From Rhizaria sp. SCN 62-66 (Eukaryota), in assembly GCA_001724265.1 (NCBI GenBank), contig MEDY01000220.1, forward strand, positions 1 through 64,000: a stretch of DNA of 64,000 nt, given 5' to 3'. The notes below the pieces were generated by a model. That model searched no databases. It saw only the letters and a list, made by a program, of their open reading frames with translations, and had not been told where the DNA came from. This document shows, piece by piece, positions 48,914 to 60,300 of this stretch. Within the stretch, counting starts at the first letter, position 1. The number at the start of each line of letters is the position of its first letter. Made by a program: the position numbers and the translations under genes.

Positions 48914-49576
48914 TCACAAACTGGGCGAAGAGAGCAGGGTCGACACAAGGGAAGAAAAGAAGGTGAGAGAATTTCGTTAAATTATATCATACGACATGCT
49001 CCACGAATATGTGTCGTGATACACAAAGCATATACACACGGATAGAGCTTGCACTGCAGACGTTCGAAGATCAGCCCAGTGTGTTCGTGGGCTGTGCGGT
49101 CAGTCGTCCATGCCGATCTGTCTCGACTGAGCTCAGCCTCGGCTCACAGTCCGCTCGAAGTTAGGCCGTCGGGAGGTTTCGACCACAATCCTCCTATGGC
49201 GAGGGCATTTCGGAAGATTTTACAAGGCAAACGGTCATGTATGAGTCCTTAATTTCCCACACTATTTTTTCGAGTCTGTTTCCATTCTTAAATTTAACTG
49301 AGCAATCCCGCGGATGAGTATACCATCTGTACTGGAGGGTGTTTCGTTCCCTGGCAGTCGCATGCTCACCTCACGTCCAACATATCTTTGTCTCGCAGAC
49401 ACCATTCCCATCGTCAAGATGATGTTTCAGTGACATGCCGACTTCCAAGGCCACGTTAAATACGGCCATCACAACTTGCAGTTCAGTATCACTCACTCTT
49501 TCTCTTTCAATCTGTGCTTCTATCTATGACTGCTCTTTCTACTTGCACTTCCCCTCTCACCTCACTTCATGCAGTC

Positions 49577-52500
49577 ATGGACGGTCACAAAGGTGAGAAG
49601 GAAGCCCTTGCGTTCGTCAACAAGGCGCTGGGTCTTTCCCTGACGTCTGTCGCCAATGACCTCAAGTCTGGCGTGCACCTCTGCGAGCTCATCAACTTCG
49701 TCTCGACCAAGAACGGCGGGCCTGAGCTCATTGTGCCTAAGAAGATCAACCGCATGCGCATCGCCTTCAGTCAGATGGAGAATATCTCCTACTTCCTCCA
49801 GGCCGCCCGTGTCTACGGCATGCCCGACCGCGATCTCTTTGTCACTGTCGACCTCTTCGAGGCCCAAAACATCAAGCAGGTCTGCCACTGCATCCGCGAG
49901 CTTGAGGTCCGCTTCAACTCCGGCGCCGCTGCACCGGCCTCGGCCGCCGCCGCTGGCTCCTCCGTGACCGCGGTGCCGAAGCCCACCGCGCACGCCGCCG
50001 CCTCGGTCACCACCCCGTCGCGCGCCAACATGGCCTCTGGCGCCTACGCGCCCTTCTCGGCTTCGTCCCCCAGCCACAGCAGCCACAGCTCGGCCCCCGT
50101 GGCCCCCGCGCGTCCCGTGCTCGTGTCGCCCGGCCCCGCTCCGCGCGCCTCCGTCACGGCCTCCGCCACGCCTACGATCAAGGCCCCCTCGATCACCGCG
50201 GGCCTGTACGCGCAGTTCTCCGCTGCCCCCGCGCCCGTGGCCGCCAAGGCCCCCGTGGTGGCCGCCGAGGTCAAACCCTCCGAGCCCGGCACCAAGACCA
50301 TCCTGCCGCCCTCCGTCGCCGCCAAGCAGGCTGCCGCTCCCGCCCCCGCGACTGTGCCCGAGCCCGCGCCTGTGGCCGCCGCGGCCGCCCCCGCGCCCGC
50401 TGCCGTCCCCGAGCCCGAGCCCGCTGCGCCTACCCCCGCAGACGCTGCCGCCGCCGAGTCGGCCGCCGTGTCTGCGGCGCTGGCTGAGGAGGAGGCCGCG
50501 AAACGTGCTGCCGCCGAGGCCGCGGCCAAGGCTGCCGCGATCGACGACGAGGTGGCCGCGCTGCGGCGCCAGCTCGATGAGACGAAGCGCCGCGCGGCCG
50601 CCGAGGAAGAGGACCGCCGCACGCGCGCCGAGGTCGAGGCGCTGCGCGAGCACAAGCAGGCCGTGGCCACCGCCAAGGACCACCTCGAGCTCGAAAAGCG
50701 CAAGCACCAGGTCGACTCGGAGGCTGCCGCAGCTGCCGCCGCGACCAGCGCCGCCACTGAGGCGACCGCGGCCGCCGAGGCGACCGCCGCTGCAGCGTCA
50801 GCCGCCGCCGCTGCCAGCGCCGCGACGGCCGCCGAGGAGGTGCGCGCACGCGAGGAGTCCGCGGCGGCGCTCGCGGAGGCGCAGCGCGCCTTCGATGAGC
50901 AGCGCAGCAAGTTTGAGGAGGAGCGCTCGCAGCTGAAGCAGCGTCTTGAGGCCCAGGAGGCACGCCTGAGCGAGGTCAAGAAGATCGAGGAGGAGCGCCA
51001 GAAGCTTGTCGACGAGAAGAAGGCCTACGAGCACTCGCTGCGGACGAGAATGGATGCCGAGCTGGACCGCGTCCGTGCCGACGCCGCGAGCAAGCTGCTG
51101 GAGCGCCAGCTCGAGCTCGAGACGGAGCGCGCGCGCCGCGATGCCGACGTCAAGGAGGCGCGTTTGCAGCTCACACGCAAGATTGAGGAGCTGGAGGCGC
51201 AGCGCAATGCGGCCGAGCAGCGCGCCACCGCGGCCGCCGCCGACGCGACTGCGGGCGACGCCGAGAAGCAGAGCAAGTTTGCGGCTGAGCTGGAAGCGAT
51301 CCGCGCTCAGCTGGCGCGCGAGAAGGAGGAGGCGCTGCTGCAGGCCGCTATCGAGCAGGACCGCGTGCGCATGGAGGCCGACTCGCGCGCGATCGATGAG
51401 GTCCGCCGCCAGGCCGAGCGGACCACGGAGCAGTTCAAGGCGCAGGCCAAGGCCGACTACGAGCGCGAGCTGTCGACGCTGCGCGCGCGCTACGATGCCG
51501 ACATCACACGCCGCGAGCAGGAGCGTCTGCGCGAGCAGGCCGCGCTCGAAGCCGAGCTGACGGCCAAGCACCAGGCTGACATCGCCGCCGCGAAGCAGCA
51601 GGCCGAGGACGCCAAGAAGGCCGCTGACGACGCGCGCGCCGCCGCCGCCGCGGGTGGCTCGCAGACGGCCGTGCTCGAGGCTGAGCGCGAGCAGGCGACG
51701 CGCCAGCTCGAGGCCGAGCGCATCGAGCGTGAGGGCCTGCAGCAGAAGCTCCAGGCGCTTAAGGAGGAGCTGTCGTCGCGCGCCGAGTCGGACGAGTCCG
51801 CGGCCGTGGCCAAGCAGCAGTCGCTGCAGCAGGAGCTGCGCGAGCAGTTCGACGAGGAGCTCGCTCGCGTGCGCAAGACGGTTGATGTGCGCCTGGCCTC
51901 CGAGGAGCGCCAGCTCAAGGAGCGCGAGGCGGCGCTCAACGCGCAGCTCGAAGCCGCCAAGGCCGCGCTCAAGGAGGAGCTGCGTCGCACCGAGGAGGAG
52001 GCCGCCAAGGCGATCCAGGCGCAGAAGGAGTCCGGTGAGGCCGAACGCGCCGAGTTGGCCGCGCTGGTGTCGCAGCTGCGCGCCGAGGCAGAGAAGAAGA
52101 GCGCCGAGATCCGCCTCCAGGAGGCGCTGGAGAAGGAGCGCGCGGGCTTCGCGGCGCAGCAGGTCGAGATGGCGACGGCCAAGGCTGAGAGTGAGAGCGC
52201 CTACCAGGCCAAGCTCTCGGCCATGACCACGGCGCTCGAGACGGAGAAGAAAAAGCTCAACGACCTGCAGGCGCAGCTCGAGGCCTCAGCCGCGGCCGAA
52301 CGCGCGCGCGTCGAGGACCAGCAGCGCGGCCAGACGGCTAGCTCAGAGCGCGACGCCGAGCGCGACGCCGCCGTGGCCGCCGCGCGTGCCGAGCGCGAGG
52401 AGGTGAAGCGCAAGTTCGAGGAGGAGCTTGCGCGCCTCAAGGCCAAGGAGGAGGAGGACAACGTGCGCCGCGCGGCCGAAAGCAAGGAGCATGCTGCCGC

Positions 52501-53554
52501 GCAGCGCACGGCGTCGCTGCAGCTGGCCGAGCTCGAGAAAGAGGTTTCGTCGCAGCGCGCGCGCGCCAAGGCGCTCGAGACTGACCGCGTCAAGGTCGAG
52601 GCCGAGAAGCAAGCGCTGCTCGCCCAGGTCGACAAGGCCAAGGAGGACGCCGCCGCCGCGCTCGCTGCCGTTAAGGCCGAGCTCGAGGCCGAGAAGGCCA
52701 AGACCTCTGCCGCGACCGCCGACGCCGAGGCTGCCCGTGCCGCTGCCGCCGCCGCCACCGAGGCCGCTGCTGCCGCCGCTGCTGCCGCTGCCGCTGCGCC
52801 CGCGGCGGCCGCGCCGGCCCCCGCGGCCGCGCCAGCCGCCGCGTCCGCTGCGGACATTGAGGAGCAGCTGGCCGCGGAGCGCAAGAAGGCCGCAGCGGAG
52901 GCGACGGCGGCGATGGACGCCGCGCGCAAGGAGCGCGAGGACATGAAGAAGATGTTCGAGGCCGAGATGGCGCGCATGAAGGCTAAGCTCGAGGAGGAGC
53001 AGCGCCAGCGCGAGCGCACCGAGAGCGATCTGCGCGAGTCCCGCGCTGCGCTCGCCGCCGCCGCGACGGCCCCCGCCGCGTCGTCCGCACCCGCCGCCGT
53101 GGCCGCGGATATCCCGCCCCCGCCCATGGACCTCTTTGCGCCCCCGCCACCCCCGCCGGACCTCTTCGGCGACATGGGCGGCAGTTCAGGCGGCGCCGGC
53201 GCGCCCCCGCCGCCGCCGTTCCTGGACGACCTCTTCGGCGACCTCAACGCGGGTCCGCCCAAGATCGTCATCAACAAGTCCAACAAGCCCGCCCCGGCCG
53301 CGGCGCCCGCCGGCGGCGGCATGGGCGGCATGCTCGATGCCATCCGCGGCGGCGTGAAGCTCAAGAAGGCCGCGCCGCGCCAGGAGACCCCCGCCGCGGC
53401 TGCTGCCGCCGCCAAGGCCGCCGCGAGCGACGGCGGCATGGGTGGCATGATGAGCATTGCGGCCATGGCAGCCAAGAGCGCGGCGGACCGCCGAGCGCGC
53501 ATGGCCGCCAACGGCGGCATGCCCACCATCTCTTCCGCGCCCGCTAAGAAGTAA
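49577..53554 (+). CDS. Actin-binding protein: N-terminal calponin-homology domain, long coiled coil, poly-Pro, C-terminal WH2; ~1325 aa; ends TAA
   Basis: LKSGVHLCELIN...QMENISYFLQAARVYGMPDRDLFVTVDLFEAQNIKQV (calponin/IQGAP-type CH), a long E/K/R/A-rich heptad region, PPPP tracts and GMLDAIRGGVKLKKA (WH2). Confidence 0.88.
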   Translation: MDGHKGEKEALAFVNKALGLSLTSVANDLKSGVHLCELINFVSTKNGGPELIVPKKINRMRIAFSQMENISYFLQAARVYGMPDRDLFVTVDLFEAQNIKQVCHCIRELEVRFNSGAAAPASAAAAGSSVTAVPKPTAHAAASVTTPSRANMASGAYAPFSASSPSHSSHSSAPVAPARPVLVSPGPAPRASVTASATPTIKAPSITAGLYAQFSAAPAPVAAKAPVVAAEVKPSEPGTKTILPPSVAAKQAAAPAPATVPEPAPVAAAAAPAPAAVPEPEPAAPTPADAAAAESAAVSAALAEEEAAKRAAAEAAAKAAAIDDEVAALRRQLDETKRRAAAEEEDRRTRAEVEALREHKQAVATAKDHLELEKRKHQVDSEAAAAAAATSAATEATAAAEATAAAASAAAAASAATAAEEVRAREESAAALAEAQRAFDEQRSKFEEERSQLKQRLEAQEARLSEVKKIEEERQKLVDEKKAYEHSLRTRMDAELDRVRADAASKLLERQLELETERARRDADVKEARLQLTRKIEELEAQRNAAEQRATAAAADATAGDAEKQSKFAAELEAIRAQLAREKEEALLQAAIEQDRVRMEADSRAIDEVRRQAERTTEQFKAQAKADYERELSTLRARYDADITRREQERLREQAALEAELTAKHQADIAAAKQQAEDAKKAADDARAAAAAGGSQTAVLEAEREQATRQLEAERIEREGLQQKLQALKEELSSRAESDESAAVAKQQSLQQELREQFDEELARVRKTVDVRLASEERQLKEREAALNAQLEAAKAALKEELRRTEEEAAKAIQAQKESGEAERAELAALVSQLRAEAEKKSAEIRLQEALEKERAGFAAQQVEMATAKAESESAYQAKLSAMTTALETEKKKLNDLQAQLEASAAAERARVEDQQRGQTASSERDAERDAAVAAARAEREEVKRKFEEELARLKAKEEEDNVRRAAESKEHAAAQRTASLQLAELEKEVSSQRARAKALETDRVKVEAEKQALLAQVDKAKEDAAAALAAVKAELEAEKAKTSAATADAEAARAAAAAATEAAAAAAAAAAAAPAAAAPAPAAAPAAASAADIEEQLAAERKKAAAEATAAMDAARKEREDMKKMFEAEMARMKAKLEEEQRQRERTESDLRESRAALAAAATAPAASSAPAAVAADIPPPPMDLFAPPPPPPDLFGDMGGSSGGAGAPPPPPFLDDLFGDLNAGPPKIVINKSNKPAPAAAPAGGGMGGMLDAIRGGVKLKKAAPRQETPAAAAAAAKAAASDGGMGGMMSIAAMAAKSAADRRARMAANGGMPTISSAPAKK

Positions 53555-54368
53555 GCGAGCTAACGACCGGTTGAACCGAATCGGCTCTGGTAGCTTTGTG
53601 ACTCGTAAGTCGGTCACACTTCTCTTTTCACTCTCACTCTCTGTACATGTAAAATTCTTTTCTTCTTTCTTTGTTGTCTCGTTATAGTCAGTTTCTTCCA
53701 GCTCTTCTTTTACGATTTGTTAGTTTGATGACCAAACCAACCATATTTTGTAGTTTTATGTAAAGATATCCGTACGTAATGATGATTGACGTATAATCGC
53801 ATCTCTTGATTGCTCTCCTGCTGTATGTTCGAGTGATGCTGTTTATTCGCTGTTTGATTGTCTTGTTCGCTTTTGATGTTCATTTGCCGATGTTGAGGAA
53901 AAACACTACGTTCGTTGCTTGGCCGGTTGGATGTGTGTTTGTGTGCGTGTGTATGGACGATGAAAGGTGTTTTTGACGTATGGGCCTCTCCGTTATGCGT
54001 GACTCGCACAACCACTGTACAAGTATGTATGTGGGTTATGCATGCTGTTACGTTCTTTCAATACAACTCTCTTTTCTAAAAGAACAACAACAGCACACCA
54101 CCGAATGCATTCCCGACCGACTAACTTAATGAGATTAAGATGTTTACACTTCTTCTTCTTCTTCTTCTTCAGACCCACCACAAAAAAAATTGTGCGGCAG
54201 CCAGTGAACATTTAGCACTCTGTAGTGACACAACATGAAGATGCTTGAAATTTCAATAATTATTGCAGATACCATTTGCTTATTCCCATGTACTTTTATT
54301 TGCGTTCTGTCAATGACGGTTTTTGCGCAGTGCTAGGCGAAGGATACGATTGGAACTGTGAGTCAATC

Positions 54369-57300
54369 ATGAGCGCACCTGATCCTCGCAATCCCTTTGC
54401 GAGCGCCTCAGCAAGCACCTCTAACCCGTTTGCGACAGCGGCAAGTGCGCCGAACCCGTTTGCCACGTCGCAAAATGCTGCCATAGCGCCTAACCCTTTC
54501 GCAGCAGCAGGCTCGGCGAATCCGTTTCCTGCTGCTGCAGCCACTGGCGCTGGTGCAAACCCTGCAAACCCGTTCGCGACTGCCACAACATATGCCAATC
54601 CTTTTGTGACCGCACCTACTACTGCCGGCTTTGCAGCTGTTCCAAACCCCTTTGCTGGAGCTTCGACAGCGCCTCCCGTAGTCTTAGTAAACAACCCTTT
54701 CGCAACTGCATCCACAGGAGCTTCAGTGCAAACGAACCCGTTCGCATCTGGAACGACGTCCTCCAACCCGTTTGCATCTGCTCTGACTGGCAGCAACCCT
54801 TTTGCTTCAGCGACCGCAGCAGCTAACCCTTTCGCGTCTCTGGCGACTCCTGCTCCTGCGCCTTACCTTGCTGCCACACCGCCCGCCGCGAAGCCGTCCA
54901 GCCTGGATCCGCTTGTCACGACGAGCGCCCTGGGGCAGATCCCGCTTCAGGCGCTCACTGCATCGGTCGAGGCCGCGCTGCTGGACGCCGCCTCGGTTGC
55001 CGCCGCGGCTTCACTCTCCCCCTCGCACGGCGGCGGCGGCGAGGGCGACGCGCAGGACGCGGCTGCGACGGGGGCGGGGGTCGCGCAGTTCTACCAGCTC
55101 CCGCTTGTCGGGCTCATTCCGGCCCCGCAACCCTTGGCAGCCAACAACAACAACAGCAGCAGCAGCAGCGGCAGTGGCGCTGGCGCTGCGGCGCAGAGCT
55201 CGCTCGCGTCCCGCTTCGCGGACGGCGGCATCATCCCGCCCCCGGCGGTATTGGGACTAGCGCTGACGACGCTCGCGGCTTCGGGCGCGGGCGCGGCGGC
55301 GGCGCGGCCTCTGGGGCCCAGCTGGCAGCTGCTGCACTCGCAGGCGCAGTCGCAGCTGCACGCGGTGCGCAAGCGCGCACAAACGCCGCCCATGCTCGAG
55401 TCCGTGGCGACCGAGGGCCAGGTCAGCGCCATTGCCGCCGCCTCTGAGGCCCAGCAGGGCCCCGGTGCCGATTGCAGCAGGACCCGGTTTGCGCTTGATC
55501 CCGTCGCGCTTAAGTGGGCGCGGCCGAGCGCGAACGAGCTACCATCTGGACTTGCGGTGGCGATGGCGGTGCCGCCCACGGCCACCGCGGTGGCGGACCC
55601 AGCTGTGGTGGTCAGGGCCGACAATGTTGTGCGTCCTGCACACGCCCACGCGCAGGCCAGCAAGGCGGCCGCAGTTGGCCGCGTTGGTGCGAGGAAGCGC
55701 GCGCTGGACAGCAGTGCCGCTGGCTCTGCCGGGGCCCTGGAGACTATCCAGGACGACTTGAACGAGGAGGAAAGCGATGATAGCGAGGGTGATGACGATG
55801 ACGATAGGTTTATTGAGACCAATGCTGACGACATCATGCGTTGTTTTAGGGGCCAGTCAGTTGTTAGCCGTGCTCAGTTCAAACAAAAAAATACCTTTTG
55901 GAACAACAAAAAAAGGATCACGTATGTTTCAGCTGCTCCGACGACCACACCGCTGCTATCGCCGCCGCCACTCCCGTCAGCCACAGCTGCATCTGCACTC
56001 GACTTGAGCACGGCGGCCGCGCTGTTCTCCGCGCTCCCGCAGCCGCTTGCCCCTTTCCCGCTCAGCCTCGGACACAGCAACCTCCGCCGCGCCGCGGCCG
56101 CGCCCGTGCTCGGCGTCGCAGCCGGTGCCGCCACGGCTGCCGCGTTCGCCGTGCTGACGCAGACGCCGCTGTCGTCGTGGCGCCCGACGGTGGTGAGCGC
56201 CAAGCCTGCTGTGTTGAAGCATTCGGACGCGATTAGTGCGATGAGCCACGAAGACGCGCTCTCCCTGGTTGCGAACATGGGCTCTGACGAAGCCAATAAC
56301 GCTTCAGATCATAATGATCAGATCACCGATGGTACCAACAGCAATGACGATGACGTTGCGGACAATGATGCTGATGACGGCGAGTACTTCATAAACAGTG
56401 CGAAGAAGGACGGTCCCGGCCTGAACGTTATGGCGTCCGCCATCGCGGCCCGCCGTGCGCAGCGTGACCTAGAGGTCGCCGCGACGCTCCCACCGCCCCC
56501 GCCTCCCCCGCGCGCGCCGTATCTAGTGCCGAGCACGCTGCACGCGTGGCGCAGCGTGCTCGTCAGTGCTCGCGCAAGTAAAGCGTCACTGGCCAAGGTT
56601 TACACTGATGCTGACGATCGCTTAAGCAGTCGCATTTCTGCCTTGTTGTCAATCTTTACTCCCCTCAGCAAGGGCATGAGCAGCATGAACCCCAAACTAG
56701 CCTCTAAGTCTCCGTCGCACAACCTCATCACATTGCCTCTTAGCCCCACCAATCTCCGCCTGACTTCTTTGGCGATTGCTCTCTCTGTGACGCGTCTGCT
56801 ACTCCGCACCATGGCTCGTGCTCATGTGTTTGCCCACACCGTTGCGCTTGCACGCACGCGCATTCCTGTCCTGCCCGCGTACCTCTCGTCGGAGGCCGCT
56901 CGAACAGCACGCAGCAGTATGGAGAAAGAGCTGGCCCTGGAGGCGCAGACCGCCGCCGCGACTCTCAGCATCGCGCGCGCGCCACTGGCGTACCGCTGCT
57001 TGTTTTCGCTTGCCGCAGCTGTTGTCGACAGCAAAGCGCGCGAGTGTGGCTATGCTCTGCTGCCCGCGGTCGTGACTGCGCTGATGAGCGACAGCCCGCC
57101 AGCGACGCTTGTTGAAGCTGCTGCTGATGCCGCTGCTCTGGCCGCTGTGATTTCTGACGCGACCAACGCGAACGCGACCGCTACAGGGATGAACGACAAT
57201 GATAACGAAGAGAGTAGCATTGACGGGAGCCTCGAAAAGGCAGATTTGAATGTGCGGGTCATCACCAAGGTTAATGCTGAGTTATGTGGTGTGAATGATT

Positions 57301-60300
57301 CGGAGGAGGGTCATAAGGACCCGTTTGCACCTTTGAACTCGTCAATTCTTGCAAATCACGTCAATCCCAAGACCGCGTCCGCTTTAGCCGCTGTGGCTGT
57401 GGGCAGCGCACAGTCACCTATGCCTTCTGCAACCGCGACGACCGCGACCGAGGACACAGAGTTCTCTCTGCAAATCTCTGAGTTAGCAGGAATGCCTGCG
57501 ACGCTGCGGACGACTAATCTTGCCGCTTTGCCCCCGCATGATTCGCCGCCGGAGCACGCTGTGTTGTCCGCGACGTTTGCGCCGGACAGTGTTGACGCTT
57601 CGCCTTCAACGCTTGCTGCGTTGCTGCACGTCCCGCCCCCGGCCGCCGTCGCAGACATGCGGCGGCGCGCGATTGCCTGGGCCAAAGACGTGCTGACGCT
57701 GCAGTTCCGCGCCTGCACCGGAAACCCTGCTGCGATGGCCACTGCGGTCGCTGCGGTGCAATCGGCGCTCCGTTCGCCCGGCGTGATGGCGCGTTTCCTT
57801 CCGTTCGACTGTGCCGAGCGGTGCATCGATGTCGTTACGTCGTTGGTCGACTCCACGCGGCTCGGACTCATTGCGCTTAACGCTGCGGCAGTCGAAACAT
57901 CGAAGCCACTGCTGAAGCTTGCGGGACGTGGTCGGCTCGCTGCAGAGGGTGTTGCCGCAGCAGCAGCGTCCAGGGCTCGTATCGAGGCTCAAGCCAAGGC
58001 GCGTGCTAAAGCAGCGTACAATGAAACTAAGGTTTTCGGTGTCACTCTGACTGGATTGATTGTCAATTCCAAATCTAAGCAAGCGGTGCGTACGGTTTCT
58101 GCAGCACAAATGACGCCAGAGCAACGTGTTTCAGTGGGGCTCCCTCTACTTCCTGCTGCAGTCGATGTCTCTGGCCGACCGGGCCACGTCACACCTGGAA
58201 TCAAACAGAAGATGGCAGTTGCGCGCATGTCCTTCGTCAGCTCTCATCAAAACTCAGCAGCAGCGACTGCACAGGCAAATTCAATCTCGCGTGTTTTCCG
58301 TTCTGGCCCATGGCGCGTTCCCCACGCAGACCGGTACTCACTTCTTTTTGCGCGGGACTTGACTGTGAATGAGGCAACAGCAGCTGGATGGCGTGGTCGC
58401 TGTGACGCGGAGCGCGTCCGCGCAACTGCATCTGGTTTACTGAGAGCTGCGCGTGACGATGTCGGCGATAATGTTGGCATGAGGAGCATTGCCCGACTGT
58501 CGCACCGTGGACGCGTGCCATATCTTCTGGCTCTTGCCCTCGATGCCGCAGACCGTGCCCGCGCGCGCTCACTTGCGATCGCAGCTCTACCTGCTGCTGC
58601 TGCTGCAGAACAAAGTCCTGCTTCGGCTGCAGCTGCCCTGTTAACGGCTGCGATTATCCCGTCACAGGCACTGCGGACGCTCCGTCGCGCGCTTGTCGCA
58701 CTCACTCGCTCCAGTCGGCTTCTGTGGCGCCGCAGTCAACTTGACGCATGGGCGGCGCACCTGCGTGCGGGTGAGTGGGACAACGTCGTTTCTGCCCTCA
58801 CAAGGCGTGGCATGCTTCCTGACAGTGTAAATAAAGCCTTGGCTGACTCGTCGCCTGCAATCATGGCTGGTCCGGAGCTTTTGCGCGCGCTTGTAGCTGC
58901 AAAGGCAACATCGGGCGGTTCCTCAGCTGCTGTTGTCACTAGCGTCGCTGCCGCAGTTGCCGCAGTGCAGCGCTTCTCGACGCAAGTGCGCGACCAGCGT
59001 TCTGCTATCAGCGAAGCATATGCTGCCGCCGTGAGTGATTTCATTGCTGCAGCGGCCGACGCGACGGAGGAGCTTGTTGCCTTAGCAAACACGGACACTA
59101 GCTGTGTCAGCAGCTGTGCGCGCCACGGGCGCCACGCAAGCTCGCACCAAGACAGCGTGAACGCGTGTCACTGCCCACCGCAGCTTGTTGTGGCGTTGCA
59201 ACTCGCGCGCGCGGTTGCAGCAATGACTGCAACACTGAAGGGAAGTATTGAAGCGCAGCGTCATTCGTCGCTTGCTGTTGACGCTTTGCTAGCCCGCGCA
59301 GGTTCAGCTCTGCATGACGCCCCTGCTGGCCTCATATCCGTTGGATCCCTGCCTGACCTGCCCACTGCCAATTCCGGTAAAGCCTTGACGCCCGCACTTG
59401 CAGCAGCCGCTGCTGCCCTGGACCAGCCTGCGCTGACGGATGCAGGTCTGATTCAAGGCGCTCCGCTGCTGCGTCGGCCTCGCGTTCGCGCAGCTGTGTT
59501 CGTTCTAGGTGCTGATAGCGCCAACGCGAACGTTTCACGTTCAAGCAACGGATGTGCAAAGAACGAAGGACTGGCGTTGGCAGGTGCGCTTATGGAGTCT
59601 GAGGCTGCAGCACGCCATACCGCGACTGCAGTTGTAAGTAATTCACTTGGAACTGAGTATAACCTCGATGGCTCTGCTCTGAGGAGTCTTCTCGTTGCGT
59701 TTCCGTCAGCATTTACGACAGGTTCAGTGGCGAACTGCGCTCTTTCGGTCCCCGGCCTTTCGCTTCCGCTCACAATCGCACTGGCACGACTATTACGGCT
59801 CTGCCCCGGTGCACTGCACCTTGTTTTTAACCCCACACTTTCTCTGCAGTCGCACTTGGCTTCGCTCTTCACTGCGGTTACCGCTGCCGACGACGGTGAG
59901 GTTGCTTTTGCATGGGCTGAACTTACGCGTTCTCTTCCAGCCAGCGAGTGTTTCAATGAAGTGTCTGAGAGCTCTTCAGATGGCAAGCATAGTCAGCAAA
60001 ATATGGGTGATGTGGCGCTACAGTCACTGCGACGTGCGTTGAACGCCGTGTATGCCAGCAATACTAACAGTAGCACAAGCAAGCATGGTGTCACATTGGC
60101 TCAGCTTTTTCCCGCAGGCATCCTCTACGCACTTGCCCGTCATACGCAGCTCTCACTTGCTGTTGCAGGACGCACACTCTGGCTCCCACAAGCTGCTTGG
60201 TTACTTTGTGGCCCCTCACACCCTCTGTCGCCTGTAAGCACAAGCAAACGTGTTGACAGCTCTGCTTCAAATCTTGGCATGCAAATTGCAAGCGAACGCG

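Noticed and set aside
49120-49210. tRNA-like GGTTTCGACC with a GGAGG/CCTCC stem (possible suppressor tRNA)
   Set aside because: No cloverleaf, D-arm or anticodon arm could be built; I found no tRNA in the window.
54390-54835. Regularly spaced AACCCNTTYGC repeats resembling a CRISPR array or telomeric repeats
   Set aside because: Variation is at synonymous third positions and all copies are in one frame, so they are coding NPF repeats.
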